A stretch of DNA of 64,000 nt from Phenylobacterium sp. (GCF_046463815.1 NZ_JBKBRO010000019.1:8356-72355), one strand, 5' to 3'; shown: positions 7,642 to 17,248, numbered from the stretch's first letter. The notes: a model not told the origin generated them from the letters alone. Numbers and translations are program-made.

Positions 7642-8478
7642 CTAGGTCTTCGCCGGGTCGACGTAGCCGTAGGCTCTCAGATACTCGTAGCCCTCGATCC
7701 CCGTTGGAGCCCGCTCATCGACCTCCCGCAAGGCCTGAAGAGGCCACGGAGGGGCGGCGCCGGAAGGCATGGCCACGACGTTGACGTCGCCGGGGGCGAC
7801 GTTCCCGGGCTTGGCCTTTGGCGAATTGGGCGTCGCGAAGGGCGCATAGAACCAGTAGAGATCGTAGCCGGCGTCACGAAAGCGCTTGTTGACCGCCGCC
7901 CGGGCTTCGGGCCGCGAGCCGACGGCCTCGATCAGCCAGATCGCCGAACGGCTGTCGATCAGCCGGGCCGCCCCGCCGACGACCTGAGGTTCGAAGCCCT
8001 CGACATCGACCTTCACGAGCCTGGTGTCCGGCGGGGCGATGTCATCGACCCGCAGCATTCGAACCGTCTCCTTCGGCGCGTCCAGATCGAAGCTGAGGAG
8101 GCCGAAGCGCATGGCGGCGCTGAGCGGCACCGCCGGAAACCGCGCCAAGCCCTCGTCGGCTCCGGCGGCGGCGTGGAAGGACTCGACGTTGTACAGCCGG
8201 TTGTTGAAGGCGTTGGTCGCGAGCAGCCCCGCCATCCCGCGATGCGCCTCGATCGCAAGAACGCTCCAGTTGGGCCGCGCCTTCGCGAACGGCAGGGCGA
8301 TCGGGCCGAAGTTCGCGCCGACATCGATGAACGTGCCGCCTGTTCCGGTCGCGCAGGCCAGAAGGAAATCGATCTCTGGCTTGGCGAACTCGCCATGAAA
8401 CCGGAGCAAGGTTCCGATCGTCTGGTCCCGCGCCGGAACGAGGAAGTCGAGGCCGTAGGCGATGGTCAGGTCGAGCAT
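7642..8478 (-). CDS. FkbM-family methyltransferase
   Basis: 278-aa ORF with the FIDVGANFGP SAM-binding motif typical of the FkbM family. Confidence 0.8.
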   Translation of the reverse strand: MLDLTIAYGLDFLVPARDQTIGTLLRFHGEFAKPEIDFLLACATGTGGTFIDVGANFGPIALPFAKARPNWSVLAIEAHRGMAGLLATNAFNNRLYNVESFHAAAGADEGLARFPAVPLSAAMRFGLLSFDLDAPKETVRMLRVDDIAPPDTRLVKVDVEGFEPQVVGGAARLIDSRSAIWLIEAVGSRPEARAAVNKRFRDAGYDLYWFYAPFATPNSPKAKPGNVAPGDVNVVAMPSGAAPPWPLQALREVDERAPTGIEGYEYLRAYGYVDPAKT

Positions 8479-8520
8479 CCCGCCTCGTTACTGTCGGGGT
8501 GAGCGCCTGGCAATTGCGCG

Positions 8521-10068
8521 TTATGGGATATCAAGCGTCACGAACCCCATCTTCGCGAGCACCCCGGCGGCCATGACGATCCTGCCGAGGGGCTGCCCGA
8601 TCGCGTCGGCCGCGGCGTTCAGGGTCATCGGCTCCCGCTCGATGAGAGTCCACAGCGGCGCGGCCGTGGCCACAGCGGCCGCCCCGGCCGGGAAGAGGGC
8701 GTGGCCCGCCAGCTGCTGATAGGCCGCGAAGGCGGCGCCGGGCCGGAGCGACACCACGGTCTCGCCCGAAATCCCGTGCGTCGGATAGGAAGCGAACGCC
8801 GTGAACGGTTCGACCTGCCCGCCCGATCGGGGAGCGATCGCGTCATGGCCTTCCGTTCGGCGGCGGGCGTCGAGTTCGCCCCATAGCTCCTGATACCGGG
8901 CATACACGTGGGCCCAGTCGAAGACGGTCCGGGCCCGCTCCTGGCCCGACGCGCCCATTCGCCGCCTCAGGTCGGGGCTTGCGATCAGCTCGGAAAGGGC
9001 TGCGGCCAGGCGGTCCGGGTCCACCGATGTGGCCGCCGCGGCGCCCCAGCTCAGCATGTCGTCGGTGATCGTGCGGGACTGGTGCGCGAAGGCCAGGTGC
9101 TTGCCGAAGCCCGGCGCGGGGCTTCGGGTTGGAATCAGGAAGCCATCCACGCCGTCGCGGACAGTGTCCCGGTAGCCGTCCCAATCGCTGGCGATGACGG
9201 GCAGCCCGGCGGCCATGGCCTCCAGCGGCGTGAGGCCGAAGGTCTCCTGGATGTTGTCCGAAAGGGAGACGAACAGGTCCGCGGCGTCCCAGGCGCGCGA
9301 CCTCGCCAGGGGATCGTTCCCATCCACCAGCAGGTGTCGCACGTCCGGCGCCAGGAGCGCCGGCCCGGTCCGGAAGGCCTCTTCGTCGTTGCCCGTCTTG
9401 GGCCAGCCGCACTCGACCAAGGTGACGGACCGCCCGCTCGTCCGGGCCGCCGCCTGGAGCCCGCGATACATCTGGCCGGGGTGAGCCTTCGACATCAGCG
9501 AAAGCCGCCCGACGAACAGCGCAACCACTTCGTCGGGGCCAATACCCAAGGCGGCCCTCGCTGGCTCGCGTTGACCGCCGACGGCCGCGAAATCGCTCGT
9601 ATGGACGCCTAAGGGAATCACCGGGAGCTGCGGAAGCCTCGGAGCGACCTTCGCTCCGTACCGCCATCGGGCATACTCCAGCTCCGCCTCGATGACCGCC
9701 GTCACCGAAGCGCGCAGGGCCTGGGAGGTGCAGATCAGGGCATCCCAGGGCATGACGGGCTCGCGGACGAGGCGAGCCAGGTCCTGCAGGTGATTGAAGA
9801 CGGTGTGGGCGACGGCGGTGATCGAATACCTGCCGACCCCGGCCCAGGCGCGAGCCCATATCTCCGCCTGGAACGCCGGATCAAGCCGGTGCACGACCTT
9901 CTGGGCCGCGAGCTCTTCCACCTGACTGGTCAGCAGCCACCTGGCCTGGGCCTCGGCGTCGATCGAACGGATCGCGGCCAGGAACTCAGGACCGTGGTGA
10001 TCCTCATAGCCATAGCCGACGACCGGTCGGCCGGCATGACCGGCCACGGCGGCGCGGAGAAAGGCCAT
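8521..10068 (-). CDS. glycosyltransferase family 4 (GT-B) with extra C-terminal domain
   Basis: Real gene lies within the 737-aa ORF. GT4 core: VALFVGRLSLMSKAH...ETFGLTPLEAMAAGLPVIASDWDGYRDTV. Start taken as ATG 10068 (MAFLRAAV). An alternative TTG at 10146 gives MIHAALSFTP. Confidence 0.75.
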   Translation of the reverse strand: MAFLRAAVAGHAGRPVVGYGYEDHHGPEFLAAIRSIDAEAQARWLLTSQVEELAAQKVVHRLDPAFQAEIWARAWAGVGRYSITAVAHTVFNHLQDLARLVREPVMPWDALICTSQALRASVTAVIEAELEYARWRYGAKVAPRLPQLPVIPLGVHTSDFAAVGGQREPARAALGIGPDEVVALFVGRLSLMSKAHPGQMYRGLQAAARTSGRSVTLVECGWPKTGNDEEAFRTGPALLAPDVRHLLVDGNDPLARSRAWDAADLFVSLSDNIQETFGLTPLEAMAAGLPVIASDWDGYRDTVRDGVDGFLIPTRSPAPGFGKHLAFAHQSRTITDDMLSWGAAAATSVDPDRLAAALSELIASPDLRRRMGASGQERARTVFDWAHVYARYQELWGELDARRRTEGHDAIAPRSGGQVEPFTAFASYPTHGISGETVVSLRPGAAFAAYQQLAGHALFPAGAAAVATAAPLWTLIEREPMTLNAAADAIGQPLGRIVMAAGVLAKMGFVTLDIP

Positions 10069-10342
10069 GTTGGCGACCCGCCGGCCGAGTGCTCGACCGC
10101 CTGGGCGGAGCGTGTCGGGAGTGAAGCTCAGGGCTGCGTGGATCAAGGTGGATGTCCGTCTGGGATGCGCCGCGCGCCATACCATACGTTCGCCATGGCT
10201 TGGCAGGGATGCTTCCGGGGACGCTCCGCGGCCTGGGGCGCGAGTTGAGCATGGCGCGCAAGCCGCTTCCGCCCCTCCTGCGACCCTCGGCCCCAAGCCG
10301 CCGACCGGCCCGCAGATGGACAAACCGCGTCGGCGCCCCCAG

Positions 10343-10774
10343 ATGGTGCGCATGCTGAGATTGCTTCTCGTCCTCTCGACCGTCGCCAGCCTCCTGGCCG
10401 GCCCCGCCCTCGCCCAGCCGGCCGGCGCCTCGATCTTCGGGGTCTGGCGCAACCCGAAGGACAGCGTGCACGTGGACGTGCGCCCCTGCGGCAAGGGCGC
10501 CTGCGGCTTCGTCGTCTGGGCCAGCGCCAAGGCGCAGGCGGACGCGCGCGAGGGCGGCACCCAGAACCTCGTGGGCCTGGAGCTTTTCCGCAATCTCGTC
10601 GAGCAGCCCGACGGCCGCTGGCGGGGGAAGGTGTTCGTGCCCGATCTCAACGCCACCTTCTCGGGATCGGCCGAGGTGCTGGATGCGGGACGGCTGCGCG
10701 CACGGGGCTGCCTGATCGCCAACATCGCCTGCAAATCGCAGATCTGGACCCGAGTGGCCCCCGCTGTCGACTAG
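10343..10774 (+). CDS. DUF2147 domain-containing secreted protein
   Basis: Trimmed to MVRMLRLLLVLSTVASLLAGPALAQP (signal peptide). GVWRNPKDSVHVDVRPCG...GRWRGKVFVPDLNATFSG is a DUF2147-like pattern. Confidence 0.75.
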   Translation: MVRMLRLLLVLSTVASLLAGPALAQPAGASIFGVWRNPKDSVHVDVRPCGKGACGFVVWASAKAQADAREGGTQNLVGLELFRNLVEQPDGRWRGKVFVPDLNATFSGSAEVLDAGRLRARGCLIANIACKSQIWTRVAPAVD

Positions 10775-10783
10775 GAGCCGGCC

Positions 10784-11302
10784 TCAGCGCTTCTCCACCT
10801 TCGCCGACATCCTGGGGCGCACATAGGAGGTGTGCTTCAGGCGGAAGTTGTCCTTCAGGAAGAAGTGCAGCGCCGGCTGGTAGTCGTAGACCACGTCGGC
10901 GACCAGAATGCTCTCATTCGGCTGAAGGAAGCCCGCCGGCGCCGAGGCCGGCGGCGAGGACGGGAAGTTCCGGCTCACCGTCCAGTCGACGCGCACGACC
11001 CCGTATGGGTCGCTCACCAGACTGGTCACGCGTTCGCCCAGGGGGGTGGCCGGATAGGGTCGGATCATGGCGTCGCCCGCCAGCAGGATGTCGGCGAGAT
11101 CGCTGTCGCTCACGGACCGCTCCTGGGAGGTTACGTCCGCCAGGGAGGAGGCGATGTGGGTGATGCGGGTCCGGACCTGCCACGCCTGCACGAGCTCGAC
11201 GATCGTCAGGTGCATGACGAACAGGAACGGCAGGATGAGGCCGAACTCCAGCGCCGCGGCGCCGCGCGCGTCGCGCAGGAAGCGAAGCATGGCGCGCCTC
11301 AT
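10784..11302 (-). CDS. TadE/TadG-family pilus-associated protein
   Basis: N-terminus MRRAMLRFLRDARGAAALEFGLILPFLF is the TadE-like prepilin-type motif. ATGA overlap with the upstream TadE-like gene. Confidence 0.8.
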   Translation of the reverse strand: MRRAMLRFLRDARGAAALEFGLILPFLFVMHLTIVELVQAWQVRTRITHIASSLADVTSQERSVSDSDLADILLAGDAMIRPYPATPLGERVTSLVSDPYGVVRVDWTVSRNFPSSPPASAPAGFLQPNESILVADVVYDYQPALHFFLKDNFRLKHTSYVRPRMSAKVEKR

Positions 11303-11796
11303 TCGTAGGGCTCGTTCTTGAAGGCCGCACGGGCGTCCAGCGTCACCTCGAACGGGCCAGGCCTGGGTTCGCTGAGCATGCCCAGCATCGGGGTGATCAT
11401 CGGCCAGCGGTAGGCGGCGCGCACCATGATGATGTCGCCGGCCTGACCCTTTTCGAACGCGCCGTCGGGCGGCGTCTGCGCCGCCGCCAGGGCCTGGGAA
11501 AAGGAGGCGTAGCGCCGGACGCTGACCTGCAGCCGGTTCCTGCAGTCGGCCGTGTCGCCCCCAAGACTGGCGCAGACGAGCCCCTCGAATCCGGCGCCGT
11601 CCACGGGCCCGTCGTCCTGGCCGGTGCGGATCATCCGGGCGGCCTGGGTCACGCCGTTGTCGAGCCCGGCGGATATCATGCCGACCAGGCCCACCTCGAT
11701 CGTCGCGAACAGCAGGAATATGAGGATCGGCGCCAGCAAGGCGTACTCGATCGCCGTCCCTCCCCGCTCGTCCTGTCCGAACCGCCGCACGCGCAC
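11299..11796 (-). CDS. TadE-like protein
   Basis: GTG at 11796 lies 9 nt after GGAGGG. VRVRRFGQDERGGTAIEYALLAPILIFLLF is a TadE N-terminal motif. The longer ATG-started ORF runs into the tandem repeat. Confidence 0.75.
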   Translation of the reverse strand: MRVRRFGQDERGGTAIEYALLAPILIFLLFATIEVGLVGMISAGLDNGVTQAARMIRTGQDDGPVDGAGFEGLVCASLGGDTADCRNRLQVSVRRYASFSQALAAAQTPPDGAFEKGQAGDIIMVRAAYRWPMITPMLGMLSEPRPGPFEVTLDARAAFKNEPYE

Positions 11797-11851
11797 GGGT
11801 TCCGCCCTCCATATCCTTCGCCCAGTCTGGCGGATGGCGGAAAAACGCGGG

Positions 11852-11920
11852 TTAACCCCTGGCGGCGCATGGTGGACGCTGCTTAACCCCTGGCGGCGCA
11901 TGGTGGACGCTGCTTAACCA
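11852..11920. repeat. 31-bp tandem direct repeat, 2 full copies plus a 7-nt partial third
   Basis: TTAACCCCTGGCGGCGCATGGTGGACGCTGC at 11852-11882 and 11883-11913 (identical), then TTAACCA. Lies in the divergent tadE/tadG intergenic region. Confidence 0.9.
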
Positions 11921-12000
11921 CCCCCACTAATCGGCGGTTAGCGCTGATCCGGCATCCTCGGGACCACGAGCTCGGATTTCGAACCGGACGGTGAAGCCCA

Positions 12001-13569
12001 ATGCCAACGCAGCGGTCGTCCTGGATCCGCCGCGCGCTCCGGCGCCTGGCGGATCGCGGCGGCAATGTCGCGATCACGGTGGCCCTGGCCATGCCGGTGC
12101 TGTCGTTCAGCACCCTGGCGGCGATCGACCTCGCGCGCGCGGCGAGCGCCAAGGTGCAGCTCCAGGACGCCCTCGACGCGGCGGCCCTGGGTGCGGCCCG
12201 GGCCACGGGCTCATCCGACGCGGACCTGCAGGCGGCGGGCGATCGCCTGCTGCGCCAGAACCTGGGATTGGGGACGGATTTCGAGCTGGTCGGCAGCACC
12301 TTCCGGTTCACCCCTGACGGCAAGGTGGCGGCCTGGGCCCAGGTGCAGGTCGAGCCCTATGTCGCCGGCCTGATCGGCACGCCCAACATGCGGATCGCCA
12401 CCTCGACGGAGGTGGTGCGCGCCGGCATGCAGCTCGAGATCGCCCTCGTGCTCGATAACACCGGGTCGATGAACCAGAACGGCAAGCTCGGCTACCTGAA
12501 GACAGCCGCCCAGGACTTCGTCACCGCCATGGAGGCGGCGGCGTCGAAGAACGTCATCCCCAACGCCATCAAGATCTCGCTGGTCCCCTTCTCCCACACG
12601 GTGCGGGTGACCCCGGACGCCTACCGGACCGCCGAGTGGCTGGACCAGAACGGGGCCTCGCCGATCAACAACGAGATCTTCACGACCGAGAGCGGGACCC
12701 AATGGGCCAACCGTTTCACGCTCCTGTCGAACCTGGGTCAGACCTGGGGCGGATGCGTCGAGTACCGCCAGGCGCCCTACGACATCCAGGACACCCCGCC
12801 CTCCACGACGACGCCGGCGACGCTGATCACGCCCTATTTCGCGCCCGACGAACCGGACGTGAAGGCCGAATGGTTCTTCGACAAGTTCAACAACAACTAC
12901 ATCTACGACGGCATGACGAGCGGGACCTGGCGGGTGCGTCAGGGGGCGGTCGCCAAGTACGTCAAGAGCTCCATCAACGGCGGCAAGGGCCCCAACCGAG
13001 GCTGCAACATCCACGCGATCATGCGGCTGACGACCAACTTCAGCCTGCTGCGGACCGAGATCGGCAAGCTCAACGCCGACGGCAGCACCAACATCCCGAT
13101 GGGCCTGGCCTGGGGCTGGTTCACCTTGTCGCCGACGGCGCCGTTCGGCGACGGCGTCCCGTACCTGACCGAGAAGCACAAGAAGATCGTCGTGCTCATG
13201 ACGGATGGCGAGAACACCATCCTCTCCGTGGATACGCCGAACGGGTCCGACTACACGGGCGTCGGATTCGCCCGTCAGGGCCGGGTGCTGCAACCCGATG
13301 GTCGCCCGATCGACCAGAACTCCACCGAGCCGGAGCGCACGGCGGCGCTGGATGACCGCCTCGCAAAGCTCTGCGAGAACATGAAGGCCCCCGCCAAGGA
13401 CATCGAGATCTATACGATCAGGGTCGAGGTGACCTCGGGCGACAGCACCGTCCTTGAGAACTGCGCCAGCTCGGCGGACCACTATTACGACGTCCAGAAC
13501 GCCTCCGAGCTCGCCGTCGTCTTCCAGAGCATCGCCGGCCAGATCGCCGCCCTGCACCTTTCCAGGTGA
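12001..13569 (+). CDS. TadG-like pilus assembly protein with von Willebrand factor A domain
   Basis: 522-aa ORF. N-terminal RGGNVAITVALAMPVL (TadG/Flp-pilus motif) and vWA MIDAS-like LVLDNTGSM. Confidence 0.85.
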   Translation: MPTQRSSWIRRALRRLADRGGNVAITVALAMPVLSFSTLAAIDLARAASAKVQLQDALDAAALGAARATGSSDADLQAAGDRLLRQNLGLGTDFELVGSTFRFTPDGKVAAWAQVQVEPYVAGLIGTPNMRIATSTEVVRAGMQLEIALVLDNTGSMNQNGKLGYLKTAAQDFVTAMEAAASKNVIPNAIKISLVPFSHTVRVTPDAYRTAEWLDQNGASPINNEIFTTESGTQWANRFTLLSNLGQTWGGCVEYRQAPYDIQDTPPSTTTPATLITPYFAPDEPDVKAEWFFDKFNNNYIYDGMTSGTWRVRQGAVAKYVKSSINGGKGPNRGCNIHAIMRLTTNFSLLRTEIGKLNADGSTNIPMGLAWGWFTLSPTAPFGDGVPYLTEKHKKIVVLMTDGENTILSVDTPNGSDYTGVGFARQGRVLQPDGRPIDQNSTEPERTAALDDRLAKLCENMKAPAKDIEIYTIRVEVTSGDSTVLENCASSADHYYDVQNASELAVVFQSIAGQIAALHLSR

Positions 13570-13618
13570 TCCGCGCCCGAGGCGCGCAACAGACCGGCGG
13601 TCTCGGCGTTCAAGGGGT

Positions 13619-13870
13619 ATGACGCCGCCTGGCCTGACCGCCGAAGATCTCAACCTCCTCAACGCGGCGCTGAACGGCCCGCTGACCCACCTCGACACGG
13701 CGGGTCAGGAGATCTGCATGAAGCTGTGCGGCCTGGGGCTCCTGCAGCGGGCCGGCGGGGTGGCGGCCGCCAACGGATGGAAGGGGCCCGCGCGCGTCTT
13801 CTTCCTCACGCGTGACGGCTGGACCGTGGTGAAGGACGGGCGGCGCCCGCCCGTGCGCCGGACGGGCTAG
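13619..13870 (+). CDS. hypothetical small protein (83 aa)
   Basis: ATG preceded by AAGGGG. Third codon positions are nearly all G/C across the ORF by hand inspection. No family recognised. Confidence 0.5.
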   Translation: MTPPGLTAEDLNLLNAALNGPLTHLDTAGQEICMKLCGLGLLQRAGGVAAANGWKGPARVFFLTRDGWTVVKDGRRPPVRRTG

Positions 13871-13902
13871 GTCCGGCCTGGGTTCCGCGGCGCGGGTGGT
13901 GT

Positions 13903-14145
13903 ATGGCCCGGCCCATGTCTTCGGATGAGATCCTGGTGGACGCCCGCGGCCATCGCTGCCCGGTGCCGACGCTGAAGCTCAGGCGGGCGCTGGAAGCCGC
14001 GCCGGCCGGCGCCGTCGTCCGCCTGCTTGCGGACGATCCCCTCGCCCGGATCGACGTGCCCCATTTCGCCGCCCAGATCGGCGCACGCGTGCTGGAGCAG
14101 GGCGACGTGGACGGCGGCCTCAGCTTCCTGGTGGCGAAATCCTAG
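13903..14145 (+). CDS. sulfurtransferase TusA/SirA-family protein
   Basis: 80-aa ORF with the conserved Cys in the DARGHRCPVPTLKLRRAL motif. Confidence 0.8.
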   Translation: MARPMSSDEILVDARGHRCPVPTLKLRRALEAAPAGAVVRLLADDPLARIDVPHFAAQIGARVLEQGDVDGGLSFLVAKS

Positions 14146-15034
14146 GGGGATGAGGCCGGGTGTGGAGCGCCAGCTCCACCTCGGTGGCCAGCGCGCCCCC
14201 GAAGAAAAGCGCGTTCACGTTCCACGACAGCCAGATCAGAAAGATCACCACGGTGGCGATGGAGCCGTAGGTCGCGCCAAGGTGGGCGATCTGCTCGACG
14301 TAGAAGCCCAGCGCCCAGGAGGCGAAGATGCAGAGCGCGGCGGCGGCGACTCCGCCCAGGGCCGAGGCGCGCCAATCCACCGGGTCGCGCGACATGGCCC
14401 AGCGGTAGATCAGCGTCATGCCCGCGGTCATGCCCGCGCTGGCCCAGGTCCATTCGCTGTAGAGCCACGGCGCGCCTCGCAGCGGCCGCAGCTCGAAGGT
14501 CTCACCCAGGATCCGGAAGCCGAAGAAGACGGCCGACAGCACTCCCAGCATGGCGAAGGTCGCGATCAGCACGGCGAGCGCCAGCAGGTTGAAGCCCACG
14601 AAGCCCCGGGGCTTGTCCTCGTCGTGGATGAACGACAGGCCGGCCAGCAGAGCCTTGAATCCTCGGTGGGCCGCATAGCCGCCGATCACCAGGGCCACGC
14701 CGCTCTGCACCGAAATGGCCTCATCGGGTGCTCGGCTCAGCCGCAGCATCTCGCTCTGGAAGATGAGCCGCGCCGCGTCGGGCATGATGCGGGCCAGGTG
14801 CTCGCCCTGGCGGGCGGCCTGGGCCGGGTCCGAGAACAGGCTGTAGGCGCCCATCAGGATGGCCAGGGCCGGGAAGATGGCCAGCATGACGAAGAAGCTG
14901 ACCCCGCCCGTGTAGAGCATGACATCGCGTCCCCAGAGCCGGGTCAGGGCCTTGGCCACGATGCCCAGCGCCACACGGCCCCAGTGGCTCGGGTCCCAGT
15001 CCAGGGATCGCAGGCGCCGCCCCAGGGTCTTCAT
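14120..15034 (-). CDS. YihY/BrkB-family membrane protein
   Basis: Trimmed to MKTLGRRLRSLDW. GGVSFFVMLAIFPAL and multiple TM segments. An upstream hairpin terminator at 15121-15161 argues against the longer start. Confidence 0.8.
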   Translation of the reverse strand: MKTLGRRLRSLDWDPSHWGRVALGIVAKALTRLWGRDVMLYTGGVSFFVMLAIFPALAILMGAYSLFSDPAQAARQGEHLARIMPDAARLIFQSEMLRLSRAPDEAISVQSGVALVIGGYAAHRGFKALLAGLSFIHDEDKPRGFVGFNLLALAVLIATFAMLGVLSAVFFGFRILGETFELRPLRGAPWLYSEWTWASAGMTAGMTLIYRWAMSRDPVDWRASALGGVAAAALCIFASWALGFYVEQIAHLGATYGSIATVVIFLIWLSWNVNALFFGGALATEVELALHTRPHPPRISPPGS

Positions 15035-15120
15035 GCGAGGGTGCGAATGGCGGAGGTCTTCATCGCGCGCAGGGTGGTGAACCGCGTCCTGACTCGCAAG
15101 GAGTCCGCGAAGGCGCCGTT

Positions 15121-15161
15121 CAAAAGCCATAACGGCGCGCCACCCTTTCGGGTGACGCGCC
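15121..15161 (-). terminator. intrinsic terminator after the CoA-transferase gene
   Basis: Stem 15134-15145/15150-15161 (12 bp, 1 mismatch) with 4-nt loop TTTC. On the minus strand it is followed by GTTATGGCTTTTG. Confidence 0.6.
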
Positions 15162-15309
15162 GCCGATGGGCGTGTCGTTCCATCCGGGTTCGCCACCGCT
15201 TCGAGGGACGGGAGAGTGCGGCGGCTTACCGACGCGCAGGTTGCGTCGCGGCGGCTGAACCCAGGCTGAACATCGCCTTCAGCTTCCCTGGCTTCGACTT
15301 GTCGCGGCT

Positions 15310-16428
15310 TCAGCTTGCCAAGGCGTCGATCTCCGCCGCCGAGAACCCCCAGTCGGCAAGCGCCTCACGCGTATGTGCGCCGATGGCCGGCGGCGGCCCC
15401 TGGATCGCGCCCGGCGTGGCCGAGAAGCGCGGCGCGGGCGCTGGCTGGGTCACGCCGGCGACCTCGACGAAGGTTTGTCGGGCGACGTTGTGGGCGTGCT
15501 TGGGCGCGTCGTTGAGGTCAAGCACCGGGGCGAAGCAGACGTCGGTGGCCTCCATCAGGTCGCACCATTCCGCCTGGGTCTTGGTTGCGATCACCGCCGC
15601 CAGCTTTTCGCGGAGCTGCGGCCAGGCGGAGCGGTCCATCTGGCGCTGGAAGTCGGGATCGGTGATGCCGGTCTTCTCCAGCAGCAGGGCGTAGAACTGC
15701 GGCTCGATCGAGCCGATCGAGACCCACTTGCCGTCCGAGCACTGGTAGGTGTCGTAGAAGTGGGCGCCGCCGTCGAGCATGTTGGCCCGCCGCTCGTCGC
15801 TCCACATGCCCGCCGCCTTGAAGCCGTAGAACATCGCCATCAACGAGGCGGCCCCGTCGCTCATGGCGCAGTCCACGACCTGGCCCTTGCCGGTCTCGCG
15901 CGCCTGGATCACCCCGGCCAGGAGGCCGAAGGCGAGATAGAGCGCGCCGCCTCCGAAATCGCCCACGAGGTTGAGCGGCGGCACCGGCTTGTCCTTCGTG
16001 CCGATGGCGTGCAGCGCGCCGGTGATGGCGATGTAGTTCATGTCGTGGCCCGCGGCTTGGGCGTAGGGGCCCGTCTGGCCCCAGCCGGTCATGCGCCCGT
16101 AGACGAGCTTCGGATTGCGCTTCAGCGCCACCTCGGGGCCGAGGCCCAGGCGCTCCATCACGCCGGGACGGAAGCCCTCGAACAGGACGTCGGCCTTCTC
16201 GATCAGCTTCAGGCAGGCCTCGACGGCCTCGGGCGACTTCAGGTCCAGGGCCACCGAGCGGCGCCCGCGCGAGGTGATGTCCGAGGGTGCGCCGCCCCGA
16301 CCGCCGCCCTTGCGGTCGATCCGCACCACGTCGGCCCCCAGGTCCGACAGCAGCATGCCGCAGAAGGGCCCCGGCCCGATGCCGGCGAATTCGACGATCT
16401 TCAGCCCGGTGAGCGGTCCTTGGCGCAT
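15310..16428 (-). CDS. CaiB/BaiF family III CoA-transferase (alpha-methylacyl-CoA racemase-like)
   Basis: 372-aa ORF; [32 protein letters not shown]-terminus typical of the family. Confidence 0.88.
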   Translation of the reverse strand: MRQGPLTGLKIVEFAGIGPGPFCGMLLSDLGADVVRIDRKGGGRGGAPSDITSRGRRSVALDLKSPEAVEACLKLIEKADVLFEGFRPGVMERLGLGPEVALKRNPKLVYGRMTGWGQTGPYAQAAGHDMNYIAITGALHAIGTKDKPVPPLNLVGDFGGGALYLAFGLLAGVIQARETGKGQVVDCAMSDGAASLMAMFYGFKAAGMWSDERRANMLDGGAHFYDTYQCSDGKWVSIGSIEPQFYALLLEKTGITDPDFQRQMDRSAWPQLREKLAAVIATKTQAEWCDLMEATDVCFAPVLDLNDAPKHAHNVARQTFVEVAGVTQPAPAPRFSATPGAIQGPPPAIGAHTREALADWGFSAAEIDALAS

Positions 16429-16483
16429 GTGTTCCTCCTCGTTACGCGGAAACTAGGGTCGCTGACGCTCGGTCAGCCAAGAG

Positions 16484-17248
16484 CTAGCCTCCGCCGGGCA
16501 GCGACTGGCCGTCGTCGATGGTGATGACACTGCCGGTGATCGAACCCGCCGCCGGCCCCGCCAGCATCAGCAGCGCGGCGTCCAGGTCCGTGGGCTCCAT
16601 AAGGCGCCGGCGGGGGAAGCCGCGGATCTGCTTCTGGCCGCCCTCGGTCCTGAACCACTCGGCGTTGATGTCCGTCTCGATGTAGCCGGGGCACAGGGCA
16701 TTGACCGCGATCCCCTTGCGGGCCCATTCGCGGGCCAGGCTCTTGGTCAGCATGGCCGCCGCCGCCTTCGAGCCGCAGTAGGCCGAGAGGCCGGGCAGGA
16801 CGGTGTGGCTCGCGATCGAGGCGATGTTGACGATCCGCCCCGAGACGCCGGCGGCGATCATCCGCCGGGCAGCCTCCACGGCGGCGAAATAGGTCCCGCG
16901 GACATTGACCGCGAAGGTGTTGTCGAAGGCCTCGACCGAGAGGTCCAGGGCCAGCCCCTCCCCGCCGACTCCGGCGTTGTTGACCAGCACGCCGATGGGG
17001 CCGAGCGCCTCCTGGATGCGGTCGAAGGCCGGGCCGATGGCATGGGCGTCGGCAACGTCGAGCGGGACCGCGATCGCGCGCGTCCCGCCGCGGGCCAAAT
17101 CCTCGGCGATCGCCGCGATGCGGTCCGCGCGCCGGGCGGTCAGGGCCACCGCCGCCCCTTCCCGCGCCAGCAGTCGGGCGAAGTGCTCGCCCAGGCCGCC
17201 GCTCGCGCCCGTCACGACCGCGACGACGCCGTCCAGTTGTCCCCTCAT
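16484..17248 (-). CDS. SDR-family oxidoreductase
   Basis: Start taken at MRGQLDGVVAVVTGASGGLG (TGxxxGxG). YxxxK present in SAYCGSKAA. Confidence 0.88.
   Translation of the reverse strand: MRGQLDGVVAVVTGASGGLGEHFARLLAREGAAVALTARRADRIAAIAEDLARGGTRAIAVPLDVADAHAIGPAFDRIQEALGPIGVLVNNAGVGGEGLALDLSVEAFDNTFAVNVRGTYFAAVEAARRMIAAGVSGRIVNIASIASHTVLPGLSAYCGSKAAAAMLTKSLAREWARKGIAVNALCPGYIETDINAEWFRTEGGQKQIRGFPRRRLMEPTDLDAALLMLAGPAAGSITGSVITIDDGQSLPGGG

Noticed and set aside
8521-10734. The 737-aa form of the glycosyltransferase ORF, and the idea that it is a fused or frameshifted pseudogene.
   Set aside because: The N-terminal ~220 residues are low-complexity and overlap the well-supported DUF2147 gene on the other strand. 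The GT4 similarity starts only near MAFLRAAV or the TTG-started MIHAALSFTP.
11852-11920. The 31-bp repeats as a possible CRISPR array.
   Set aside because: The units are directly adjacent with no spacers, there are only about 2.2 copies, and no cas genes occur in the window. This is a tandem duplication.
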